From Camelus dromedarius (lineage: Eukaryota), in the NCBI RefSeq assembly GCF_036321535.1, contig NC_087436.1, positions 94,490,001-94,554,000 on the forward strand: a stretch of 64,000 nt of DNA, in the 5' to 3' direction. A program made the position numbers and the translations under genes. Positions 53,831 through 64,000 of this stretch are shown here, in pieces. The notes beneath the pieces were generated by a model that did no database searches, was not told the origin of the DNA, and worked only from the letters and a program-made list of their open reading frames with translations. Numbering within the stretch: the first letter of the stretch is position 1; each line of letters opens with the position of its first letter.

Positions 53831-56800
53831 ACCAAGAATGCAGCATTATATAGTAGTGTGGAGCCCTGAATATTTATGTACCCCCGCACCCCGGTATGTC
53901 ACAAGCTGATAAAACATCTTTGCATATTTTCTGTTTAGATTCTGGAGTCAGTCTGCATATCTTCATAAGGATTCAAATGCCACCTTCAAAATTCCTGACT
54001 GCTACTCTGATCTGACTTCTAGCAACTGAGGGAGAACATTAAATAGATAAACTCTGATGGACATTTGAGAAGCTTGAGAAGTTTTTTAATCTAAGAATTT
54101 AAAAATGGCCTTTCATTTATACTATCCATTGATACATCTATTTTTTGCAAATTCTGGACATGTACATTTAGGTCAAAAACTAGTTGATGGAGAGCAAGCA
54201 GATTACATAAATATACCTGGAATAAGAGGTGAACAGAATGAGAAGAGAAACTCATGCCTGGTTCTGTATTTTACCCTCAGTGGGATTATCACTCCACCCT
54301 TGGATCCTTGTCCAGACTTTGTCTTCAGTATTCACATGACTAACTCAGTAGAAACCACTGGTGACCAACAAGTCTAGCAGTCTGACGACATGATTTGCAG
54401 CCTGCCTAAATAATGATGGCTTTGTCTACAAGAAATTAAAAGTTTGCTACAAGTCAGCAACAGTGTAAAACAATGGAAATGATGTACATAAAACACTTCC
54501 TCAGCCTGTAAACCAGAGCTTCAAGTTTTCATCCCCCTAAGAGTAATAACCACATATTTCACTTTGTGTCTTATTTCAAAGTCCAACAGGAACATGCACA
54601 AGGAACCATTTCTAAGGAACCTGGGCCAGGCTGGTGATCAGGACTTCAGTTTTGGGGTATTTCTCAAATAACTTTTTTTTTAATTAATGATTCCAACTTA
54701 AGGCACTTTCCTCTCCCTCATTCTCTGGTTACTCCTTTTGCTAGCAAAGACCATGTGTCCTTTTAAGAAACAGCACTGTATCTGTTCTTCCATCCAGGAG
54801 AAGCTTGAAAGCAATTGCCTGGAGGTCAGTTATACACATAAGGAGCACCACAGCACAAAGGTCCAGATCTGTGGAAGCCAGTAAGAAAATGTAACGATGG
54901 GGGTAACCATTCTGAACACACTGGGCTCAATGACAGGGACTGACATTAAAAACACTAAAAACGGTGCCTTAGAAGCAGTAGCAATATAAAGCAAATAGGA
55001 CAACAAAAGCTGCTCTAGGTAATACACTGACTTAAGAGACCTCATAGCTGCTTAGAAGCAGAAAATCCTCACCTTTTCTGGAGATGTGCAATTCTGAGAA
55101 TTGTTACGAGCACACAGTCCCTAAAGAAGTGACTGGGCTGAGCAAGTCGCCCACCTCCAGATTACCTGGACCTGATGATGCAAGAGGCAGCTCTCTAGCC
55201 TGGGAGCCCCCTGGGAGGAGGGAGTCGTGAGGGTAGGCAAGGGCCAGAGGACACAGCTCTTTCTGCAGCACTGCTTGAGCACTTCCCTTATGCAAAGTAT
55301 TGCTCTATTTGCAGACACTGGAACACCTGGTCCCAGCCCCCAAACCTTGGTCACCCACCTTCCCAAGTGCACCCCCATCCAAAGCACAAATTCAGGTGTG
55401 TCCATAATTCCTGTGGTTTCTTTGGACAAATTGTAGGAACTTAGTGGGCTTCTCCAAGAAGCAAATTTTGATGGGGACCTAGGCAGCGTCCCCTTGAATT
55501 TTGTTTTGAAACTTTCTGAGCAGAGATCACCCTGGTAGCCACCCACCCCCACCCCCCAAAAACTCCTGAAACCCTTTTCCTCCCAGGAAGGTTTTGAAAG
55601 TTTTGCTATCTGGTTTCCCATGGCCTGTGGTGGAGCGTGCCCTCCAAGAGAAAGGTCAGCTGCAGAGACAAAAGCGGAACCTGCTGCTTTGCCACTCACC
55701 TCAGGTTAAGAGCTGAAAGGCAGAAGGCTGGTACCCCTAAAACTACCTCACATGTTGAGACTATTTTATAGGAAGGCTCTTTAAAGGTAGTCTGTAGACT
55801 TGGCCCCGGAGCACAGGGTCTCTGCATTCACTGACCATTTGGCAGCTTGGCCTGCCTGCCCAAGGAAGCTTACAATTCTGGACAGCAGGGCATGCCTCTT
55901 TCTAGAAGTCTATTACATCAGTTCCAGTCTCCTGCTAGTTCCACCTGTCCATCTAACGGTAACATACGTGGCAGTGAAGTGTTTGTTGTCCAAAGGCCTG
56001 ATCTTCATTGATGCATGATGTAGGTAATATGTATCCTACTGATAATTTCGGCATTATTTTGAAGATCAGAGCTACCTAAATTTTACACGTCATATAGAAG
56101 GATGAAAGAAATAATAACTATTCCATAACAAGTAGAAACAAGAAGAAAGCCACTGTGCAAACACATGGCCCTTGTTACCATTTGGCCTTGGGGAGAACAG
56201 GGCTCTGAAAGTGGGAGGGAGCAGATTAGTCACTTTCATTTTAATATCCCTGCTTATAATTAATATTTCTCAACAATAATAGTTGAGCAGAGAAGCCCAG
56301 AAAGGGCTGACATTTCTACTAGATTCTCTATCCCTTAGGAAAGCTTAATCAAGAGCACAGATTGCTCAGAGGCACAGAAACATTTGCTCTGTAAATTCAG
56401 GCAGGAACCCTGTAAGGCTTGGGTTGAGTACCTTACAGTGTCAATCAAGTGGAAGCAACCAGGTGATGATGGAAATATGCCTTAAAATAATGCAAAATCC
56501 AGCAGGCCTGGGAGGCCTTATCACCTCTCCTGGATACTCAGAAGAGCAAGCGCCCCAAGAAAAGTCCAGTTGGGGAGCTCTGGAGGCTGTGAGGGGCCCC
56601 CCACTAGGATGTGAGCCAGGTACACAGGCCTTCATTTGTGTTGGAATGGGACGATTACGTGGGAAAGACTAGAGTATTTTCCTACTTAGAAATTCAAATT
56701 AAGAGTTGCTTCCTTGGGCTTCATAAAGCTCAGACCCCTGACATGCTGTTCATTTCCCCTGCTCCACAGGGCCCCTTTCACCTCATGGGGCAAGATTAGT

Positions 56801-57377
56801 CAGTCTCCTAGGCAACTGCCCAGTCAGTACCTTTCCCACTCTAACCATCAGATCAGAGAGTGCTGGTCCTTGAGTGCCTAGTCTGCCCTGGCTCTGTTTT
56901 ACCTAAAAGAAAGGGAGGCACAGAAGAGGCAGTTTGTTCTGCCTAAGCTCTAGTGCCCCACAAAACACCCAAAGCCAGTAAAAATACAAACTTATCAAAA
57001 CCTTGGCACTTTACATACACCGGCATATTTAATTCTCACAATAACCCCCTAAGGTAACCATGTTCATCTCTACTTACACATGCTGTTTCAGCTCAGAGAA
57101 GTAAAACAATAAGCCCAAGTCCCCTCAGCAAGAAAGGGGCAGTTTCAACCCAGTCTGACCACACAACTCAGTGCTTCCTGCCTAACCTTTTCCACCAGGT
57201 TTCTGAGAGGATCACACCTTTCTGGAACTTAATGGTAAGTGAAATACAAGAGGAGAAAGAAAAGGATAACGCATACAAGACAGTGGGGCGTAGCTGGGAT
57301 GATGCTACCTATTGCTTTCTGTTGCTTCCATGCAGTTCGGCAAACAACATCGTAAGGAAACCAAGGTAAAATTAACC

Positions 57378-57820
57378 AAGTCTCCATCAATTGATGGATG
57401 AATAAACAAAATGTGATCTATGTACATCAAATACATAAACAAAAAACATACAATGGAATACTACTTAGCAAGAAAAAGGAAGGAAATACTGATCATGCTA
57501 CAACACAGATGAAGCTCAGAAACATGCTGAGTGAAAGAAGCCAGACACAAAGAACTACATACGGTATGCTTCCATTTATATCAGCTATCCAGAGAAGGCA
57601 AATCGAGAGAGACAGAAAGTAGATTCGTGCTTGCCTGGGACTAGGGCTGACTGCAGCTACAAACTAAAGAGGTTCGTGGGATCTTACTGGAGCAATGGAA
57701 ATGTCCTAAAACTGGACTGTAGTGATGGCTGCACAACTCAGTAAATCTTCTGAAAATCACTGAATTGTATATTTTTAAGGGGGATGTATTTTATAATACG
57801 TAAATTGTACCCCAGCAAAA
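57378..57820 (+). mobile_element. Old L1 (L1M-type) 3' end
   Basis: ccatcaattgatggatgaataaacaaaatgtg...gctgagtgaaagaagccagacacaaag. Confidence 0.8.
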
Positions 57821-58689
57821 TTTCAGATAAATGAGACATCTTCCCCCCCAAAAGTTTAACTATACAAAACAAAGCAGCATCTATTTAAGTACCAGACTGT
57901 TAAATCCACGTCATGTCAAAAGAACCATTATTACCAATAACTGAGTTTCCAGGCACACCACCTTCCCATCAGTGACCTCTGCTCCTCTGAGGGTTACTTG
58001 CTGGGGTCAGTCTAGTTCTCAGCAAGGAGGGTCTAAAAACAGTTTTCTTCATGGGGCTGGCCTTATTAACCAAAGACAGAAAAGACTATGTGTAAACCAG
58101 GGGCCAGCATGTTCACAAAGACTGATCAGTTCCTTCTCTCTGCTTGGGAAGTCTCTGTGGGAAGCTGAGCTGAATGAAGTCTGGAAGTGCAGACTCTACA
58201 GGAAGAGCTGGCTGGATCATCTTCATAATCAAGCCTCCATTAGCTGCAACTGCCTGCGGAATCCATCTCTATTCTGGTATGCCTGGCACTGTGAGACTTG
58301 GAAATCTTACAGACCCTTTCACAATGCAGTTTTCTCACTTGTAAAATATCAACTGCTTCATAGTCATAAAGGTAAAAGGGAGAAAGCACTTCGCAGAATG
58401 CCTGGCCACAGTGAGTGCTCACCTGCTCTCAGATGTCCCCCTCAAGCAGACTGGCAGCCCCCAGCACCACCGGAACATCTTCAGGCAGCGATCAAAGACA
58501 CTCAGATACTTTTGCTCTTGCTTGCTGTATTTGTTTTCCAGGATCTGGGCCAACCACCCTACTTCTGTTAATTAGTCTTCCTTGAGCCCAGTACAAAATT
58601 TCCATTTCCTCACATTCCCATACAGTTCAGCCCCAAAGAGGCCACATCTATTATAAAACTTTCTCATCATTTTTTAACAGTCAGTATAC

Positions 58690-59185
58690 TGAATGCCCTT
58701 TTGTCTGAGGAATGACCCCACCATCACCACAACCACTACGCAATGAGGCAGAGCCCATTTCCCTCTGCAGAAGCTGAAAACACCAACCATTACTTTCCCA
58801 GCCTCCCCTGCACCTATGGCTCAGACATATGACCTGGGTGCTGTCAACCAAACACCTGTACCTACTTTGAGATGTGGACTGTGACACAATAGAACAGGGA
58901 CCACTCCATCCTGGAAGTGATGGGCAGTAGTGTTCACCACCCGCCATCAGTGGTATCAGTGCTGCAGGCTGGCTGGGGTGTCCCAGCATTGGCAGTGGAA
59001 GCTGGATCTTCAAGGACCAGTTCTATGAAATTATTTTTAGCACTGCTTCTGGCTCTGTAACCTCTGAGCTTAATTTCCTGGACCTCCAAGAGAGTCTAAG
59101 CTACTCAATCCCCACCAATAAATTTATTTTCTTCTTGAGTTAGCTAGAATTGGTTTTTGCATAATAAATTGGTACTGGAAATAGT
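58690..59185 (+). mobile_element. ERVL-type LTR (LTR33/LTR16-like) with adjacent start of internal sequence
   Basis: ctttcccagcctcccctgca...aataaatttattttct...gctagaattggttt, followed by aattggtactgg (PBS-like). Confidence 0.55.
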
Positions 59186-59338
59186 TGCCAGCAGCAGACC
59201 CTCAGGTATATGGGGGTAATCTATATGAGCTCCTGGGGCTGGTTAGGGCAGAGAGCAGTGAAAATCCATCAGGTCTGAGGGACGGGACTTTAGCAGACCA
59301 TGAATACCATGGTGAAACCACTCATCAGATTATCACCC

Positions 59339-59625
59339 GTTATGGATTGAACTGTGTCCCCACCAAATCCTTATATTGAAGCCTTAACCCCCCAGTGTGG
59401 CTGTATTTGGAGATAGGGCTTTTAGGAGGTAATTAGGGTTAAATGAGGTCATAGGGTAGGGCCCTGATTCAACAGAATTAATGTCCTTATAAGACAAAAC
59501 ACCAGAGAACTTGTACACTCTATCTCCACCTGCACTCACTGAGGAAAGGCTACGTAAGGACACAGCAAGAAGGTAGCCATCTTCAATCCAGGAAGAGAGG
59601 CCTCACTAGGAAATGGATCAGCTGG
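59339..59625 (+). mobile_element. MLT1-type LTR fragment
   Basis: gttatggattgaactgtgtcccc...tgtatttggagatagggc...ggaagagaggcctcac. Confidence 0.8.
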
Positions 59626-62600
59626 CAGAAAACCAGCTAAGAGATGGGGCTTCCTCTGTGGTCCTGACCCTCTCCCAGCAGAGGAGGAACCTCAGCCTTT
59701 TTCGAGGATGTTTTCCTCCTCCTCATGGCACAGGGATTTTTTTTTCCTTTCCCCAGCCTCATTTGACCTTTGCTTGTACTCTAGAGTGAAGGGCTGCTCT
59801 CTTCCCAAGCAGCTACCGCTTTTGTCACTGAGGCTCGGTTTCTCTCCCACGGCAGCAGCTGCTCACTGGCACTACCAAGAAAGGCTTATCTCTGGTCTCC
59901 ACCTGGACCCAGTCCTCCTCCTGACTGCTGATGGAGGACCATGTAAAATCACCCGTAAGCAGGCAGAACTCCCTTTGTGTATCAGGCACATTTCTTTAGA
60001 TTTCAGGCCATTTGGTTACTTCAGTTCTCCAGTGAGTTCAAGGAAAGTTATGACTTTCTGGATTATCTGCCTTTTACTTGTTAGGGTGGAAACCACCCTC
60101 TTCACAGCTTTCCACATTGGAGGCAGCGGGCAGAAGCTCCTAGATTCAAAATAACCAGATAAAGAAACAACTTTAGTTACTGCAATTTTGTTATTCTGTA
60201 TGACAACTTGAATTTCTAATTTTTTTTTTCCTACCTAAGTTGATAGAATCAGTCCTAAAAAGCGAAAACAGACAGTATTGCAATTTCTGGAATACACTGT
60301 GATACAGGATTTTATGAAATTCTGACACACCTATCTTTATGTTTAAGACATCTCCTACAATTTGTTATCTGCTGCTTCATGCAATGCTTCTCAAAATTAA
60401 AATGAATAGTGTTCTTCACTCAACTAAGAGTGAGCATAGGTGACGAGTCTGGGTATAGTCTTTTTTGAACATTAGTACAGAAAGGTCAATTTTGACAATA
60501 TCATTAATAAATTTGGATAAGACTCAAAAAATAAAAATTGCAATATTCAATGTACATCAGACTCATGTAGGTTTTTCCCTCTTCTCAAAACATACATTAA
60601 TGTAAATTAAAATTAGTCTATTTCTTTTTCTCTTTGTAACCTAAAATTTACTGACATGATTATACACATATGAAGTTCAATAAAGTGTTTTTCACTGTGT
60701 TTTATTATTATTTCATGATTACTGAAAATATTTTAGCATAAAGGGTGTTAAAAAATGATCGACTACAGGTGTTGAATAAACTGGGTATGTCACTGATATG
60801 TTGCAATAATGATGGAGGTGACTGATCTGTATTATCAAATAGGGAAATGAGTTACTGTTCCACAACTGCGGCAGGAAGGGGTAAGGGAGGAATCTGGGGA
60901 GACTAGCATCCCACTGAAAAAAACTCAATCTATCAAAGTGCTAGCTAACTGGAAGGTGGATTTGGAATAGCTATAAGGAAATCGTAACAGTAGAATCTAT
61001 CAACTACTGCCTCATGACCAGACCGCAGCAATGAACTCAAGTCTCTTGCCGTAAGATTTAAATAACATATCTACATATTTTAGTAATTTATATAACATTT
61101 TAAGTAATACATATTTATTAATATTAATCCTTTTTCCTGCACTATTTTATATACAGTATATTTTGCAGTTACCTTTTCAATTTAGTGAACAGGTTATATG
61201 ATATTTAGACAGGACCAGAGTAAGAAGAGAAATAGATGTTACCCAGAGATCCAAGAGGTGGGACTGGACACAGCACTGATGATACTTTGATTTGGCCCCA
61301 TTGAGAGGCATAAGCATTCTGGGATGCGTAACAATTTCCTGCCTGAATATTTAGTCTTCTTGTCCTTTGCTCTTGACTCTCTGTTCTCTTCTCCGTGACC
61401 CTAATACAGTTATTTCACCATTAATTTATTCTACTTGCTCTTCACACTTGCCTCAAATTTTTTTTTGGTATTTGACAAGGTATAAATAAAAAGAAGAATG
61501 GGAAAGAGGTAGAGTAGATACAGACCCTTAAAAGAAAAATACAATGTAGGGCCCTTATAAACAGAGCTATTTTACACTCAGTTCACTTTCCTTTTCTTCC
61601 AAGTCATTTCTCAGAATAGCCCTTTGCCTGCTTTCATAGAGGCCTAGAATTCGGTCACTAAGACCTGTAACTACCCAAGTCCTTTGGAGCTTTTGAGTTA
61701 AGATACCTTACATTTCTGTTTGGTTATTTAGATGCCTTGTATTTCCAAAATTTTGTCCATAAACATAAACTGCCTACATATCTTTAACATGGCTTAAAAA
61801 TAGCACCTTTGGGACCATTTCCACAGATCAGAATGGTTGATAACAAGAGTTCCTATCTGAAGACACTACTGAGCACCAGTATCCTGCCAGTCTTTGTGCT
61901 GGGATAAACGTAAAAAAGACAGGATCCTAACCCTTAAGGAGGAAAAGATTGACATGAAAACAAACTGTGTTAATGCAGTATGATGTGTGCCATAATAAAA
62001 GTTTACACAAAGAACTATGAGAGTTTAGAAAAAATTTACTGTGTCTGAATGAGAGGGAGTTCAGAGAGATGTTAAAAGGGAATGTTTCAGAAAAGTGACA
62101 TTTGGTTAAAAAAGATTTCATCAGAAGGGAGACAGGGGATTTCAGACTGAGTAGGAAAACATGGATTTGGAGATAATCTTAATCTCAGCTTCATGATTCA
62201 TTAACAATGTATACATGACCTTAGTTAGGTCACATCTCAAGTTGAGTTTCTCATCACTAAAATGAGAAAGGTTGCCTGAAAGATCTCTATGGTTCTCCCC
62301 ACTTACTACAGGATATTTACAGCCGTCTATACTCCAGACAATAATCCCTTCAAAGCAGTAACAATGCTTTATACAGCATTTTATAATCCATTTAAAAATG
62401 TATTTCTTGATTATAAAATCCATAAATGTTCTGTATCCCATTCTTCCCACCAAAAAGAGAATATTTTCCATCTCCCCATCTTCAATTTCTCTCTCCCCAT
62501 TGGCTTTTCTCCTTTTGCCACAAAAAGTACCTGTACACTAATTTCTCACACTGTAGAAAAAGAGCAAAACTTTACCTGACTCTACTTGGTGATTATTTTA

Positions 62601-64000
62601 AACAGACAAACTTCTCCTGAAAGAAGTTTTAGCTCACCACTGTAACTTCTAAATTGGCTGTTAATCCCATCATTTGATCAAAACTTCTCAGAGACTGGAA
62701 GAAAACAAAATGCGGAAACTACTGCCCACCTAAAATGACCAGCTCGAATTTGCGCCATCTTTCTGATGCTTTCAGTGCTGCTGATGGTGCCTCCTCAGTC
62801 CCATTGCTTCTGCTCCTCTTGATATTTATTTCTTCAGTACACACCTAATTCAATTCATTTGATATTTACTGAATGCCTTGCATATGTCATGAGAGTAACA
62901 AGATTATGTCTAAGGAGCTTACCATCAACTGGATAAATAACTAACAAGGATGTAAGGTAGAATGTACTTAAGTTCTGGAACATGTATAGAGTCCTAAGGG
63001 AGGTTTGGGAAGGTTCACTGAGGTGGCAGCATATAGGGGTGGACCTGAAGGATCAAGATTTCAACTTATAGAAATGGAAGAGAATCCTATCCAAAAGAAG
63101 AAACAGTAATTCTAAAAGCATAGAAGCAGGAAGCACAACGTGTACTTACAGAAACATTACTATAGGGAGAAAATGAAAGCCCTTTTAATATACACTTATT
63201 TATTTTTATGAAAAGAATGAATGAATTACAGTTAAGGAAACAGAAGATTTATAATGAACATAACAGTCTGCTGCGCACCCAGCCTTTCCCAGTCTCTGGT
63301 CCTACTCTTTAGGGACAAGCTTTCTCAATTGTTTCTCCGGATATGTGCCATATTTCCAATATGATTTGAATATTATTTCTTAATATAAAAAATTTGGATA
63401 TATCTACAAAAGGCTCTGAAGAGGAAAATCTGACATTCTAAGAGGTACCCCTCAAATCTTGCAATACAGATTTATCACTACATTTGGTTAAATCAATCAT
63501 CAGTGTTAACTGCCTTGCAAAAGTTGTTCATGAAGTACCAAGTTGCGTATTTTAACTACTGTATTTTTTGTTTTGAGAGGACCTATGGAAAATTAGCTAA
63601 GAGTACTAGCTATGCAGCCATACTGGAGTTCACACCCTGAATAAGGCACTTCCTAGCTGTGTTAACTTGGAGCAATTTATTTAAACTTTCTGCCCATTTC
63701 CTCATGTGTAAAATGAGCAGAGGATCTACAGGGTTGTTGTAAAATCAGATTAAATAAATTAATACATGTGAAAGTACATAGAACAGGTACTTACTGTACA
63801 GCCAAAACATGTTCGCTAATCCTATTACCGTGGGTTTACACTTGTCTTTCTCTTGTGCATTGCTAGTTGCTCCATCCAGGCAGGACATGAACTGTACAAC
63901 TCCAGGGGCCCCGCTCACATGGAAAGAATTAATGAGGTCATGATATAGGACAATCTGTCTCCATACTGAGTATTTTACCAAGTCCTCTTTTCTAAGAGTC

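Larger units (their letters stand above)
51179..53850 (+). other. PDS5A: PDS5A 3' UTR (end approximate)
   Basis: AU-rich, no recognisable TEs, multiple AATAAA; distal AATAAA at 53825 followed by GT-rich sequence. Confidence 0.75.

Noticed and set aside
55121..55699. 192-aa minus-strand ORF
   Set aside because: No recognisable homology, a non-ATG start and no supporting splice structure. It is a chance ORF in GC-richer intergenic DNA.
57972..58571. 199-aa plus-strand ORF
   Set aside because: GTG start, overlaps a MIR-like sequence, and has no recognisable domain.
54000..64000. A neighbouring gene or its 3' end downstream of PDS5A
   Set aside because: I recognised no exons. The region is dominated by LTR, L1, L2 and MIR remnants, and possibly ERVL internal sequence near 60760-61050.
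1..64000. CRISPR arrays, operons or prokaryotic defence systems
   Set aside because: The sequence is a mammalian intron-exon locus with no repeat-spacer periodicity or dense ORFs.

Overview
This is mammalian genomic DNA, AT-rich and CpG-poor. Four tRNA-derived vic-1-type SINEs indicate a camelid (camel, alpaca or vicuna). The + strand carries the 3' ~60% of PDS5A (cohesin regulator, HEAT-repeat protein): 18 exons from 209 to the stop at 51176-51178. All splice phases are consistent, giving about 793 codons ending ...RQIDLQR*. By recall these correspond to human exons ~16-33. A ~2.7 kb 3' UTR with four AATAAA signals follows (to ~53850), then ~10 kb of repeat-rich intergenic DNA. The introns contain L1, L2, MIR, MLT/LTR, Tigger and vic-1 elements, several nested and with clear target-site duplications. 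The most interesting observations are: (1) the terminal 6.7 kb intron splits the last sense codon so that spliced and unspliced RNA encode the same protein (AG|GTAA at both ends); (2) inside that intron lies an in-frame, coding-looking candidate exon at 50054, possibly with a second at 50478, that would give PDS5A a new acidic/basic C-terminal tail; (3) one intron is GC-AG; (4) a poly(A)-tailed retrocopy of an LTR-like 3' end; (5) an old local duplication in the first intron. I see no prokaryotic or CRISPR-type system. Repeat subfamily names and homology to human PDS5A come from recall, not from a database search.
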